A stretch of 64,000 nucleotides of DNA, taken from the NCBI RefSeq assembly GCF_009914755.1, contig NC_060941.1; one strand, given 5' to 3'. Shown one piece after another: positions 39,961 to 62,153 of the stretch; the first letter of the stretch is position 1; each line of letters opens with the position of its first letter. The notes beneath the pieces are model-generated. The model was not told the DNA's origin. It saw only the letters and a program-made list of their open reading frames with translations, and searched no databases. The position numbers and the translations under genes are program-made. The stretch is from the human T2T-CHM13v2.0 reference genome, Homo sapiens.

Positions 39961-40933
39961 TTAAAAAAAAAAAAAAAAAGTGTGTCAAGACTAGGTGTGG
40001 TACCAGTGACAAAGCCTCAAAGAATATTTGCATAAACAAAATGTCTTTATTTTAGGCAGCAGGAAGAAAGAGAAAAGTTATCCTACTACCCCTATTAAGG
40101 CGACTTCCCAAACTCATTTACAGAACTTTTACTTACATCTCATTTCGCTAAAACATAGTCATGTAATTATACCTAGCAACTAGGGAACCTGAGGAATGTA
40201 ATCTATCATCTGGATTACAGTGTGTCCGGCTAAAAGTCAGGTTTCCTATTACTAAAGAAGAAGGCAAAAATGTATATTGGGAGGCAATTAGTAGTCTCTG
40301 CCACACACAAAAAACAGAAATGCAAAATAAACTTCAATGAGTAATGCCTTTAGCCTATCAGATTGACAGAACAAACAAATCAAAGACCAAAAGTTTTGGA
40401 GAAACAGGTGCTCTCTTGTTATTGAGAATGGCCTAAATTGATAAAACCTCTGTGGGCTATAATTAATTAACATCTATCAAAATTTTTAAAATATATATCT
40501 TTTGATGCAACCAAATTTTGTACATATGTACAAAGTTATTTATTGCGGTGTGATTTGAAAAATAGCGAAAACTTACAAAGAAAACTGTCAAAGAATATGG
40601 GATTAATTTAATACATTATAATCCATTCATTCAATTTAATACTATGTAGCCGTTAAGAAGAATGAGGTAGTTCTGTATGTACTAATGAGGTATGATCTCA
40701 AGAACACACCATCAGTCCCCCTCCCCCAGGAAAACTTTTTTAAAGAATACACTAATGGCCAGGCGTGGTGGCTCACACCTGTAATCCCAGCACTTTGCAA
40801 GGCCAAAGTGGATGGATCACTTGAGGCCAGGGGTTTGAGACCAGCCTGGCCAACATGGCAAAACCCCATCTCTACTAAAAATACAAAAAATTAGCCTGGC
40901 ATGGTGACATGCTTCTGTAATCCCAGCTACTCA

Positions 40934-41086
<153 letters not shown>

Positions 41087-41413
41087 TTAAGTGTAAAGGT
41101 ATATTCAGAACAGTGTTTATAGGATGTTCCCATGTATTATTAAAATGTATAACTTTGGGAGGCCAAGGTGGTTGGATCACTTGAGGTCAGGAGTTCGAGA
41201 CCATCCTAGCCAACATGATGAAACCCCCTCTCTACTAAAAAACACAAAAATTAGCTGGGCGTGGTGGCGCATGTCCATAGTCCCAGCTACTCAGGAGGTT
41301 GAGGCAGGAGAATCATTTGAACCCAGGAGGCAGAGGTTGCAGTGAGTTGTGATCGTGCCACTGCACTCAAATCTGGGTGACAAAGCGAGACTGTCTCAAA
41401 AAATATTATTTGA

Positions 41414-41737
<324 letters not shown>

Positions 41738-42441
41738 TAAAATTATTGAGACTAGGTGGGACTCCAAAAATAAATAGCAAAAAAATTAAATTAAACATAA
41801 AATAAAACTAATTGACCAGTTGAGATTTTGGTTCTGGAAGTAAATTCATTGCTTTTTTGAATTCCTATAATTTTGTAACTTTGTCAGAGAAGTTTGCTGT
41901 GGGTGACAAGGCAGTATTCAAACAGACCTTAAAAATTAAATTTTTTAGCTGGTCATGGCATACACACCTATAGTCCCAATTTCTCAGGGGACTGAGGTGG
42001 GAAGATTCCTTGAGCCTCAGGACACTCCAGCCCACTGCATTCTAGCCTGGGCAACATAGTGAGACCCTGTCTCTAAAAAAAAAAAGTTTTCTTTTATTTT
42101 AAAAAGTCTAGAATGAATGTGTGTGTGTATGTGTGAAATAATTCTATAAACCTTCCCTTCTCTCCTTCACCTCTAGTGTACACACTCTACCTTTCATGAC
42201 TTTTCTCCTATTTCAGCTCTCCTTATATTTTAACCCCAAATCACTAATCTCAATGTACCAGGGAGGAGGATGATATAGAATTAAGAATGGGCCAGGCACG
42301 GTGGCTCACGCCTGTAATCCCAGCACTTTGGGAGGCCAAGGCTGGCAGATCCCAAGGTCAGGAGATCGAGACCATCCTAGCCAACATGGTGAAACCCCGT
42401 CCCTACTAAAAATACAAAAAAATTAGCTGGGCGTGTTGTCA

Positions 42442-42615
<174 letters not shown>

Positions 42616-43177
42616 TTATGTTATTTCCTTCACTAAGAAAGCACCTAGAAGGCTGTATCAGTCAAAATTCTTTTTAGCCACAAGTGGCAGAAACACAGGG
42701 CAATCCGGCTTAAGCCCATAAAACCAGTAAGTCTAGGGTATGGCTGGATTCAGAGGCTCAAATGATATTGTCAACATTCTGGCTCTGTCTCATCTTTCAG
42801 TTCTGCCTTCTTTACAGTAAGTTTATTTCTCAGACAGACTCTCCCTTTGCACTAGCAACATGGCTGCTGGCAGCCTTAGATTCTTATTCTCATAACAGAA
42901 CCATCTCAGCCAAGAGAACTTGGCCTGGGTTATGTGTCTAGTCCTTGAGTGAGTATCCTGACCAGATCACGTGGACTGAGGGAATGAAGGGAAACCCAGG
43001 TGCTTTTATACCAGAAGGAGGAATGGCTACAGGTGAGGGCTAGTCCCTGGGCCTGTTTGCCCCACTTCAGAAGCTCTGCTCTGTATTGCTGGGAGGGCTG
43101 GCTCCTACAGGATACATTCCTCAAGCTCCAGGTCACCTGGTTCCTGGTTATGATGGCCTATTGCGAGACACTGATGA

Positions 43178-43554
<377 letters not shown>

Positions 43555-44074
43555 TAATCCACCTGCCTCAGCCTCCCAAGGTGCTGGGATTATAGACGTG
43601 AGCCACCGCACCCAGCTAATGTTTCTTGATTCTCTGGGTAAACCTACCTCCAGACCTCTGGATATACCACCTCCACCTTTTGTTTCTCCAGCCTCAGGAA
43701 GTTAATGCCTTCCTGCTGTTGCTAATCTCTAGATTGCCTCATGGTACCCAGTAGGCCTCTCAGCTCTTCCATTATAAATGTAACCAAGTGCCTGTATTAC
43801 ATTACCCCTCTTTTCAATATCCAGAGTGGTTTCTATTTTCCTGACTGATATATGCAGGAAAATATCCACTCCAAACTCCCCTAAGCAAGGCCCCTATGTC
43901 TCAACATTGTGCTCATTGGTCTGGAGAGAAGCTTCTGGAATTCCATCCCTGCTCCCAGAATTTGTGCCTCAGGATGAATTAGCCAAAGGAGAAAAAGGCA
44001 AGTCATTTAACTCCTCTGGGCCTCAGTTTCCTCCTCTATAAATTTGGGATGATACCATTTGTGGGAGACTGAAT

Positions 44075-44940
44075 ACATGGCAGCCTCCAAAAGGTATATT
44101 CAAGTCCTAATCCCCAGAACCTGTAAATACTGCCTTATTTGGACAAAGGGCTTTACAAATGTAATTAGGGTAAGGATTTTGAGATGAGGAGATCTTCCTG
44201 GATTATCTAGGTGGACCCTAAGTCCCAGGACAAGTGCCCTTATGAGAGAGACACACAGAGAATGCATACAGAGAAGAGAAGCAATGTGACCACAGAGATA
44301 GAGATTGGAGTGATGCAGCCACAAACCAAGGAGTGCTGACAGCTACTAGAAGCCAAAAGAGGCAAGGAACCGATTCTTCCCCAGAGGTATGGGAGGCAGT
44401 GAAGCTCCTACGACACCTTGATGACAGACTTTTCGCCTCAAGCACTGTGCGAAAATAAGCTTCAATTGTTTTCAACCACCAAGTTTGGGATAATTTGTTA
44501 CAGCAGGCACAGGAAATTAATACACCGTTTTACTTCATAGGGTCGTTGTATTTGTTTGCTAGAGCTGCCATAACAAAATACCACAGGCTGGGTGGCTTAT
44601 ACAACAGAAATTTACTTTCTCACAGTCTGGAAGCAAGAAGTCTGTGGCTTCTTGGTTAGTTTCTTCTGAGGCTCCCTCCTGGGCTTGTAGATGGCTGTCT
44701 TCGCTCTATGTCTTCACACAGTCTTCCTCTGTGTGAGTACATTCCTGATATCTCTCTGCATGTCCAATTTCCTCTTACTGTAAGAACACCAGTTAGAATG
44801 GATTAGGACCCCCACCCTAACGGCCTCATTTTAACTTAATCACCTCTTTAAAGACCCTATCTCCAAATATAGTCACATTCTGATGTTCTGGATGTTAAGA
44901 CTTCAACATATGAATTCTGGGACACAATTCAGTCCACAGT
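44075..44940. mobile_element. Two adjacent MLT1 (ERVL-MaLR) LTRs in opposite orientation (about 44075-44523 plus; about 44548-44938 minus)
   Basis: Typical MLT1 motifs: AAGTCCTAATCCCCAGAACCTG...TTTGTTACAGCAG...AATACA, and GCTGCCATAACAAAATACCACAGGCTGGGTGGCTTA. Confidence 0.75.
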
Positions 44941-45590
44941 AGTCATGTTCCAGATCCTTTGCTTTATCAGTTTCTTGAAAGTACTATATTCTTGGCTGTA
45001 TTAAGTATTTTTTTCCTCTGCAAGGAACTCTTCCCCTAGTCCTTATCTCCCTTCGTCTGCTAAGTCTCAATTTATTCTTGAGATCATGGCTAAATATCAC
45101 TTCCCAAGCCTCCAGCTGTTCATGCTCATAGCACACTTCGTTGCTCTTATTGAAGTATTGTTTTGTTTCAAGTGTGTTTGTGCATGTTTGTTTGAGATGA
45201 GATCTCACTATGTTGTCCAGGCTGGTCTCGAACTCCTGGGCTCAAGCAATTCGCTGGATTCAGCCTTCCAAAGTGCTGGGATTACAGGTGTGCACCACCA
45301 TTCCTGGCCTTCTGTGCATGTTTAATGTCTGTCTTCTGTCACCGAACTGTCAGCTCCATGAGGTGACACACAGGGCTCACATTGTACCTATAGTGCCTGG
45401 CATATAGCACATACAAAATAAACTAATGAATGAAATGAAGAAACTTATGATTATAAATGAGAAAATATCAGGAAGCACATGGTACGCTGAGAAAGCATTC
45501 AATACATGGTAGCTATTATTTTGATGACTCTCACCCTCAAGAATCAAATTAACTTGTTATTTATTTGCCAAATGTGATGTCTTCTTCCAG

Positions 45591-45833
45591 ACCATCTCAG
45601 AAAGTTCTTCCTGTCCAAGCTGTGGTCAAACATGTCACATGAGTGGTAAACTTACAAATGTGCCTGCCTGCGTTCTGATCACCCCTGGAGACTCCAAAGC
45701 TGTGCTTCCTCCCACACTGCCACAGCCAGCCAGCCATTTTCCTCCTCCTCCTCCACCTCCACCTCTGCCACCTCCTCCACCACCACTAGCACCTGTGTTG
45801 CTCAGAAAACCCAGTCTCGCTAAAGCACTTCAG
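45591..45833 (+). CDS. PRR11: PRR11 exon 5 (CPSCGQTCH motif and polyproline tract)
   Basis: Acceptor TTCCAG and donor GTAGGT; 243 nt. It overlaps track ORF 45639-45878. Confidence 0.96.
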
Positions 45834-46363
45834 GTAGGTAACAATCTAGTAATGATATGTTTTGATATGTTTTGGTGAGTGTGTAATATAGGAGTAAAGC
45901 CAAGTGGCCTTTTAAGGCCAGGCTAATCAGGGCTTGGGCCAGAAGGCTATATTTTGTTCTGATTCCGTATCTTAATTATTGTGTTTTTAAAATCTCAGTT
46001 CCTGAGAAATTCCTAGAAGCTGGATTGAGAAATGAAAGTGATGTGTGTGAAACCCAGTAGAGTGGAAGATTTCTATTCGCTTCTCAGCATGGCTTTTTCC
46101 TAGGGAAGAAAACCTCCCTAGGAAACCAAATTTAGAATAGAAGATTGCTTAGAGAGTAAAGTCAGAACAAAGAGTTAGTGGATTCCAAAGTTTCATATCA
46201 TTAGGCTGGAGAACCAATCTCTATTTCAGTTACTTATTTACCAAGGGGACCAGACAATTTGTGAATCACTAAGACAGGCATGACCCTGTTTTAAAATCTG
46301 CTGAATTTTCACTATGGATAATTTGGTTTAATGTAGCTGAATTAAATCCAGAGTCTTCCCAAT

Positions 46364-46366
<3 letters not shown>

Positions 46367-46406
<40 letters not shown>
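46367..46406. repeat. (CA)n microsatellite
   Basis: Directly visible. Confidence 0.95.
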
Positions 46407-46409
<3 letters not shown>

Positions 46410-46857
46410 CAAAACCTGGAGCCTATTGTTATATTTGCCCTAATTATACCTCTCTGATTGTATACATTCTTGTTCTGTGGAAACTGAGTCATCTTTCTAG
46501 GTAATTCAAGCAAAACTTCACTTTAACCCGATTAACTCCTTCAACTCTTGTCTTATTATAATGACTCCCGGGGAAGATGCAATATTGCAGGAAACTAGTC
46601 CATCTCTTATTTGTTAGCAAAGTCTTAGCTTATAAAAACAAAATTGCGGGGTGGGGGAAGCCTTACATTTTGATGAATGCTTTTCAATGGGTGATAAAAA
46701 TACGATTATTCTTGGTTGAGTAGAAAGAATATGACAGGTTCCTAGGGTAGATAAGAGTTACCTCTTAACTCTGAGTCTTTAAAAACTAGATTTGGATTTG
46801 CATTTCACCAGTTGTGCTGGTTCCAATTTGAATTCTAACCTTACCATGTATTTTAAG

Positions 46858-46956
46858 GCTGGACCATTAAAAAAAGATGGACCCATGCAGATAACAGTTA
46901 AAGATCTGCTGACTGTAAAATTAAAGAAGACACAGAGTTTAGATGAAAAGAGGAAG
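46858..46956 (+). CDS. PRR11: PRR11 exon 6 ([33 protein letters not shown])
   Basis: Acceptor TTTAAG and donor GTAAGA; 99 nt. Confidence 0.94.
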
Positions 46957-47431
46957 GTAAGATGTCATTGACCACATACATGCTCTTTTTGCTTTTAACA
47001 ATATAGGCTCATGCCTATAATCCCAGCACTTTGGGAGACCAAGGTGGGAGGATCACCTGAGCCCAGGAGTTCAGGACCAGCATGGGGAATATGGCAAGAC
47101 CTCATCTCAATTTGTATACAATTGGGGTCGGGGGTGCTGGAGGGAGAAGTCATTTCATTTCAAGTTAAGTTTTTGATGTTTTTATTTTAGTAGTTTTGGA
47201 TTTCCCAACAAAATGTATATATTAGGAAATGATTTAATTAGGCAATTTTATCTCCCAACCCTTAGTCTGAAGAGGTAGAGACATCCTTTGAAGCTCTGGA
47301 ATAAAAATTGGGTAGCATACTGGATATATCTTACACAAACTCAGCACTCAGATATTTGCCGTTTTTGCATGTTTACATTTTGAGTGATATTTTAAAATTT
47401 GTTTTAATAATGTCTCATTTTATAATTAAAG

Positions 47432-47544
47432 CTTATACCATCGCCGAAAGCACGGAATCCACTAGTTACCGTCTCTGACTTGCAGCATGTTACCCTGAAA
47501 CCTAACTCCAAAGTGTTATCGACTCGAGTTACAAACGTCTTAAT
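47432..47544 (+). CDS. PRR11: PRR11 exon 7 ([37 protein letters not shown])
   Basis: Acceptor TAAAG and donor GTAAGG; 113 nt, phase 2. Confidence 0.93.
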
Positions 47545-47854
47545 GTAAGGAACTGCACAGTACTATGCTCTACTACTACTTAAAAGAATGATATTGTTGT
47601 ACAAAGGCCTAAAGAAAAGGAAAAAAAGATTTTTTGTGTGTATTTCTAATGTTAAAAGTTATATATGCTCATTATAGAAAAACTGAAATCTACAGAAAAG
47701 TTTAAAAAAGAAAACAAAAATTATCTAAATAATCCTATCACTGGAGATAGCCACTGTTAACATACTGCTGTTTATCATTCTAGTCTTTTTCTGGGCATAT
47801 GGTTTATTGCCCCATTTAAAGATGCTGTTTATTATAAGATATGGCATTGATTTA

Positions 47855-48013
<159 letters not shown>

Positions 48014-48442
48014 CTAAAAAAAACTAATTAAATTAAAAATTAGCCGGATGCAGTGGTGTGTGCCTGTAGTCCCAGCTACTTGGGAGGCTGAAGAAAGAGG
48101 ATCACTTGAGCCCAGGAGATCAAGGCTGCAGTAAGAAGTGATTGTGCCACTGTACTCCAGCCTGGACAACAGAGAGAGACTCCATCTCAAAAAAAAAAAA
48201 AAAAAAAAAATCATAACCTAAATGTCTTAAAACAGGATTTTATCTATGAAATTTACATACAATTAACTGCATATTTTGAAGATGTCAAAATGACACTTTA
48301 AGTTAATTTTCAAAAAGATAGGAAGAGTTCATGATATACTGAATGGGAAAAACTATATCTACAATATGATTATACACAGACAGATACACACATATACCAT
48401 ATTTGCTTGATTCCAAGACACACTAGTTTTCATATTATATAA

Positions 48443-48601
<159 letters not shown>

Positions 48602-49338
48602 TGAGTAGCAGGGATTACAGGCGTGTGCCACAGTGCTGGCTAATTTTTGTATGTTTTAATAGAGACGGGGTTTCACTATGTTGGCCAGGGTGGTCTCAAA
48701 CTCCTGACCTCAAATGACCCACCCCCCTCGGCCTCCTAAAGTGCTGGGATTTCAGGGGTGAGCCACTGCGCCTGACTTAGGTTATGACATTTAATTTCTG
48801 TAAGTCTTCAGTGGACATCCTTGCCTATCAACTCTGTACATGGCTGAGTTTTTCCCTAGGATGGATTCTTACACATGTAACTCCTGGGTCAAGAAGTATT
48901 ACATATTGGAATGGCTATATCATCTTATGTTCCCATCGGCATCTACTGCTATTTTTTTTCTTTTTTTCTTTTTTTGAGAAGGAGCTCTGTCACCCAGGCT
49001 GGAGTAGTGGCACAAGCTCGGCTCACTACAACCTCCGCCTCCCAGGTTCAAGCAATTCTCTGCCTCAGCCTCCCGAGTAGCTGGGATTACAGGCACCCGC
49101 CACCACGCCCAGCTAATTTTCGTATTTTTAGTAGAGATGGGGTTTCACCATCTTGGCCAGGCTGGTCATGAACTCCTGACCTCGTGATCCATCTGCCTCG
49201 GCCTCCTAAAGTGCTGGGATCACAGGCGTGAGCCACCGCACCCTGCTTCTACTGCTATTTTTTAATGTAACACATAGAACTACTTTCTAGGATGTTGCCT
49301 ATAGAAATGATTGCTTTCCTTTGGGAAAAAAATAATAA

Positions 49339-49557
<219 letters not shown>

Positions 49558-49644
49558 TAGCAAGGATGGTCTTGATCTCCTGACCTTGTGATCCACCTGC
49601 CTCAGCCTCCCAAAGTTCTAATTTTTATATCTTTGTTTTATCAG

Positions 49645-49704
49645 CACTCCTGGAAAAAGTCAGATGGATCTGCGGAAACTGCTTAGAAAAGTCGATGTAG
49701 AGAG
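49645..49704 (+). CDS. PRR11: PRR11 exon 8 ([19 protein letters not shown])
   Basis: Acceptor TATCAG and donor GTAATA; 60 nt. Confidence 0.93.
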
Positions 49705-49793
49705 GTAATACACTCTCATATCTTTATGCCTTCTACGTCCATTTTAAAAGTTGCCATAAAATACAGCTACTGTTATTTTCAATACCTTTGCAG

Positions 49794-49890
49794 GAGCCCA
49801 GGTGGAACCCCTCTTACCAATAAGGAAAATATGGAAACAGGAACAGGACTGACTCCAGTGATGACGCAGGCCTTAAGGAGAAAGTTTCAG
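49794..49890 (+). CDS. PRR11: PRR11 exon 9 ([16 protein letters not shown]...RRKFQ; contains a KEN box)
   Basis: Acceptor TTGCAG and donor GTAACC; 97 nt. Confidence 0.94.
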
Positions 49891-50557
49891 GTAACCCTTT
49901 AGGAAAAGAATATTGGTTCCTTTGCTTGAAAATAATTTGGCCTGGTGTGGTGGCTCATGACTGTAATCCTAACACTTTGGGAGGCTGAGGTGGGGAGATT
50001 GCTTGAGCCTAGCAGTTCAAGATGGGCAACATGGTGAAACTCTGTCTCTACAAAAAATACAAAAAATTAGCCAGGCGTGGTGGTGCATGCCTGTAGTTCC
50101 AGCTACTTGGGAAGCTGTGTTGGAGGATCACTTGAGCCCAGGAGGTCAAGGCTGCAGTGAGCTGTGATTGCACCACTGCACTCCAGTCTGGGTGACAAAG
50201 CAAGACCCTGTCTCAAATAAATAATCATAATCATAATTTATGATCATAATTTAAAGCAGCTTTCTTAGTAACAATAATTTTTAAATGGTACCGTATTTTG
50301 CAAAGTATTTTCATATTTAGGCTTCATAAAATTCTATAAAATACAGGTAGGATTGGCCGGGCACAGTGAGTGGCTCATGCCTGTAATCTCAGCACTTTGG
50401 GAGGCCGAGGTGGGCAGATCACATGAGGCCAGGAGTTTGAGACCAGCGTGGCCAACATGACAAAACCCTGTCTCCACTAAAAAAATACAAAAATGGCCGG
50501 GCACGGTGGCTCACGCCTGTAATCCCAGCACTTTGGAAGGCCGAGGCAGGTGAATCA

Positions 50558-51047
<490 letters not shown>

Positions 51048-52603
51048 CTATATGCCCAGCAGTGTGTTGAAGTACTGGGAATATAGTGGTAAGCAAAAAC
51101 AGATACAGATTACTGTCTTGAAGCTTTCAGTCTAGTGGGGAAAATAGGCATTCATCAAATAATCCCATATTTGTATAATATCACATGGCAGTATGTGCTA
51201 TGAAGGAAAGGAATGAGGTTCTGTGGGAACCCAGAGAGGAACTTGATCTAGCCTGGATGATCTAGGAGGGACTCCCTTAGGAAGTGATGATGCTTGAGGT
51301 GAGAGTCGAAGAAGGAAGAGGCATTTACTGGATAGGGTAACTGTGGGGTGGGTCCACCATGAGTGTCAGGAAGGAGAGAGTTCCAGGCAAAAAGAACAAA
51401 ATTCGTAAGAGTTCCATGGGGTGAGGGATCATGGCCTATTCAAGGAACTAAGAAGTGACCAGTGTGGCTGTAACACAGAGAGGGAGCCCAATGGTGGTGA
51501 AAGACAGGGATGGAGATGTAGTTAGGAGTCAGACCCTGCAGAGTTGAAAGGAAAAGGTCTTGAGAGCTTTCTTTGTCACATTCATATACAACCACATACC
51601 CAACCCAGTAGATCAGCTGGCCCTGGTGTGACTTCTTCCAAACCCTGTTGATCTTAGTCATCTCCCTAATTGCCTCTATCATTAGATCTGTGAAGAACAG
51701 CCATCCGTCGGCTGCCCCTGCTGGAGTGCTGGAACACAGGGCTGCTGGCATCTTTGGCTTTGAAGTTTATAGTTCGTTCTCTCTCTGGATGCAGGGACAT
51801 AGCAGACTCCACTGCTGACACTTTCCACCCCAATATTGTCTTCCTTTTGTTCCGTGTTTGAGAATCAGTGCTTTTTGTGGGACAATATAATTTCTCTCTT
51901 ACCAATCAACTTGGTCCTACTGGGCACTATACAGCTTTCTGCGTAGTGGAGATGTGACCAGGTTCTTCTTTCCTCCTCTTAGAGCATGCTACCCCTAATC
52001 AAGTTCCTTGGTGATACCCAAAATTGTGAAGGGCAGGAGCAAAGGGACGAGGCCTCACGGGTCTTAGCCCCTTGCTTTTTCTGTTTAGCTCTAAGATCTT
52101 TGTTGTCACTGCCCCTACTTCATAGCAGGTACAGTGAGTTGAGAACTCTGGAAATGGATAAACGATAATAAATTGTAAAGCCACATATTGAACAACAACA
52201 AAAATCACAGATAAGACCTATGGCATATGTTGTGCTGCCAAAATCTACTCAGGAGGAGGATGTCTAGTTAAAATTGTTGTTAGATATAGATGACTTATCC
52301 CACCCAACCCTTAGGCTTCTTTTTTTCTTAAACTGTGAAGCAACTGTATCAGGTTTTGCATTGGCTTCAGGTATCAGAAATCTGACTATAGTGGTTTAAT
52401 CAAATAGGGACATGGCAGAGTGTAGTGGCTCATACCTGTAATCCCAGTGCTTTGGGAGGCTAAGGCCGGAAAGTCGCTTGAGGCCAGGAGTTTGAAACCA
52501 TCCTGGGCGATATAGCAAGACTCTGCCTTGACAAATAAATAAATAAATTAGGACTTTTTTTTTTAATATATACAACTAACTCATTTATTTTATTTTATTT
52601 TAA

Positions 52604-52798
<195 letters not shown>

Positions 52799-53663
52799 TA
52801 GCCAGGATGGTCTCGATCTCCTGACCTTGTGATCCACCTGCCTCGGCCTCCCAAAGTGCTGGGATTACAGGCGTGAGCCACCGGGCCCAGCCTGTTTTTT
52901 TAAAATTTATAGACGAAGTCTCACTATATCTCCCAGGCTGGTCTCAAACTCCTGGGCTCAAGTGATCCTCTTGTCTCGGCCTCCCAAAGTGCTGGGATTA
53001 CAGGCGTGAGCCACCGTCCTCGGCCCACAACTATCTTTTTTTTTTTTAAATTTATTTTTTATTTCAATACGTTTTTGGGGAACAGAAAGTGTTTGGTTAC
53101 ACAAATTAGTTCTTTAGTGGTGATTTCTGAGATTTTGGCACACCCATCACCCAGCCAGTGTACACTGTTCCCAATGTATAGTCTTTTATCCCTCACCCCA
53201 CCCCACCCTTTCCCCCAAGTCCCCAAAGTCCACTGTATCATTCTTATGCCTTTGCATCCTCATAGCTTAGCTCCCGGACTTATTTTTTTAATTTAAATAT
53301 TTCTTTGGGCAGTAGGAAGTCCACAACTATAATACAGTGGCTTCACCATATAATCACTGTTCTTCCATCCTTAATGTGTGGCTTTTATCCTCTTAATACA
53401 AAATGCCTACATTTCCTGAAGCCTCATGTCCACATTCTAGGCAAGAGAAGGAGAAAGGCAAATGTTAATTAAGCTATGCCTCATTTCTTCAAAGAAGCCC
53501 TATCCAGGAACTTCTGATTGCATCAGGGAAACTGGGAAAAGTGGTTTTTACAATCTGAATGCAGTGTTGCCATGCAAAAATTCTGGGTTCTGTTGAGAAA
53601 GGAGAGTTGTACTTATCACAGGAATATAATTGATATTATAATTGGGACTTTTTTTTTTTATAG

Positions 53664-60075
<6,412 letters not shown>

Positions 60076-60670
60076 TCAAACCTATAATCCCAGCACTTTG
60101 GGAGGCCGGGGTGGGCAGATCACCTGGGGTTGGAAGTTCGAGACCAGCCTGGCTAACGTGGGGAAACCCCATCTCTACTAAAAATACAAGTTTAGGTGGG
60201 CGTGGTGGTACGTGCTTGTAATCCCAGCTACTTGGGAGGCTGAGGCAGAAGAATTGCTTGAGGAGACGGAGACAGGGAATAGGAGATGGAGGTTGCCGTG
60301 ATCCCAGATAGCACCACTGCACTTCAGCCTGGGTGACAGAGTGAGACTCTGTCTCACAAAAAAAAAAAAAAAAAATTTTAGGCCGGAGGCGAGGTGTGGT
60401 GGCTGACACCTGTAATCCCAGCACTTTGGGAGGCCGAGGTGGGTGGATGATGTGAGGTCGGGAGTTCGAGACCAGCCTGGCCAACATGGTGAAACACCAT
60501 CTCTACTAAAAATACAAAAATTAGCCGCCCATGGTGGTGCACCTGTAATCCCAGCTCCTTGGGAGGCTGAGGCAGTAGAATCACTTGAACCTGGGAGGTG
60601 GAGTTTGCAGTGAGCTTAGATTGCACCACTGTACTCCACTCTGGGCAACAGAGCAAGACTCTGTCTCAAA

Positions 60671-60769
60671 ATATATATAATATATATTATTATGTATATA
60701 TATAATATATATTATTATGTATATGTGTAATATATATTATTATGTATATATATAATATATATATTATAT
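60671..60769. repeat. AT-rich ~25-bp minisatellite (ATATATATAATATATATTATTATGT) at an Alu tail
   Basis: About four imperfect units are directly visible. Confidence 0.85.
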
Positions 60770-61052
60770 CATAATCCCTTCCCTCACTAAGTAATCACTG
60801 ACCTACTTGGTACAATAAATATTTCCTTGCTTTTAGTAAGAACACACCCCTAAATGCAATGGTTTATTTTGCTTGCTTTTGAACTCTATAGAAATAAAAT
60901 CAGGCCTGGCGCAGTGGCTCTCGCCTGTAATCCCACCACTTTGGGAGGCCGAGGCGGGCAGATCATGAGATCAGGAGATTGAGACTATCCTGGCCAACAT
61001 GGTGAAATCCTGTCTCTATTAAAAATACAAAAGTTAGCTGGGTGTGGTCTCA

Positions 61053-61214
<162 letters not shown>

Positions 61215-61535
61215 TTATAGGGTATATACACTTTTGTTTCTGATTTCTTTCAATCAACATTTATTTTAAAGATTCAGTCATGTTATTGTATAGTGCTATA
61301 GATAATTTTTTTAGATTCAAAGATTTTTATTTTTTACAAAACCCCAGAATAATAAACGTTATAATTATACATTTAAATCTGGTTGTAAGTTTTATCCTGG
61401 CAGCTATTTGTCAATATGCCTTCTAGTTAGAGAGGTTCTGCAAGTTATAATTTACATACAAAGATATTTCGCAATTTTTTTTTTTTTTGAGACGGAGTCT
61501 CACTCTGTCGCCCAGGCTGGAGTGCAGCGGGGTGA

Positions 61536-62015
<480 letters not shown>

Positions 62016-62019
62016 TAGG

Positions 62020-62153
62020 AGAGGAGAAGAGGAGGCGGAACTCAAGTGACGGGAAAGCAGGAACTGAAGAAGCGGAGGAAGGATTTCAAAATTGGACGAA
62101 AGCCGGTCGGTTTTACTAACGGACCGGAAGGACTCTAGAGAACGCTCTGCACT
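62020..62153 (+). promoter_or_regulatory. SMG8 proximal promoter/5' UTR with an ETS-type CCGGAAG motif (62124-62130)
   Basis: Short CpG-containing unique stretch between an Alu and the SMG8 ATG. Confidence 0.6.

Noticed and set aside
46096-46125. Perfect 11-bp inverted repeat TTTCCTAGGGA / TCCCTAGGAAA
   Set aside because: It is too short for a pre-miRNA and plausible by chance in 64 kb.
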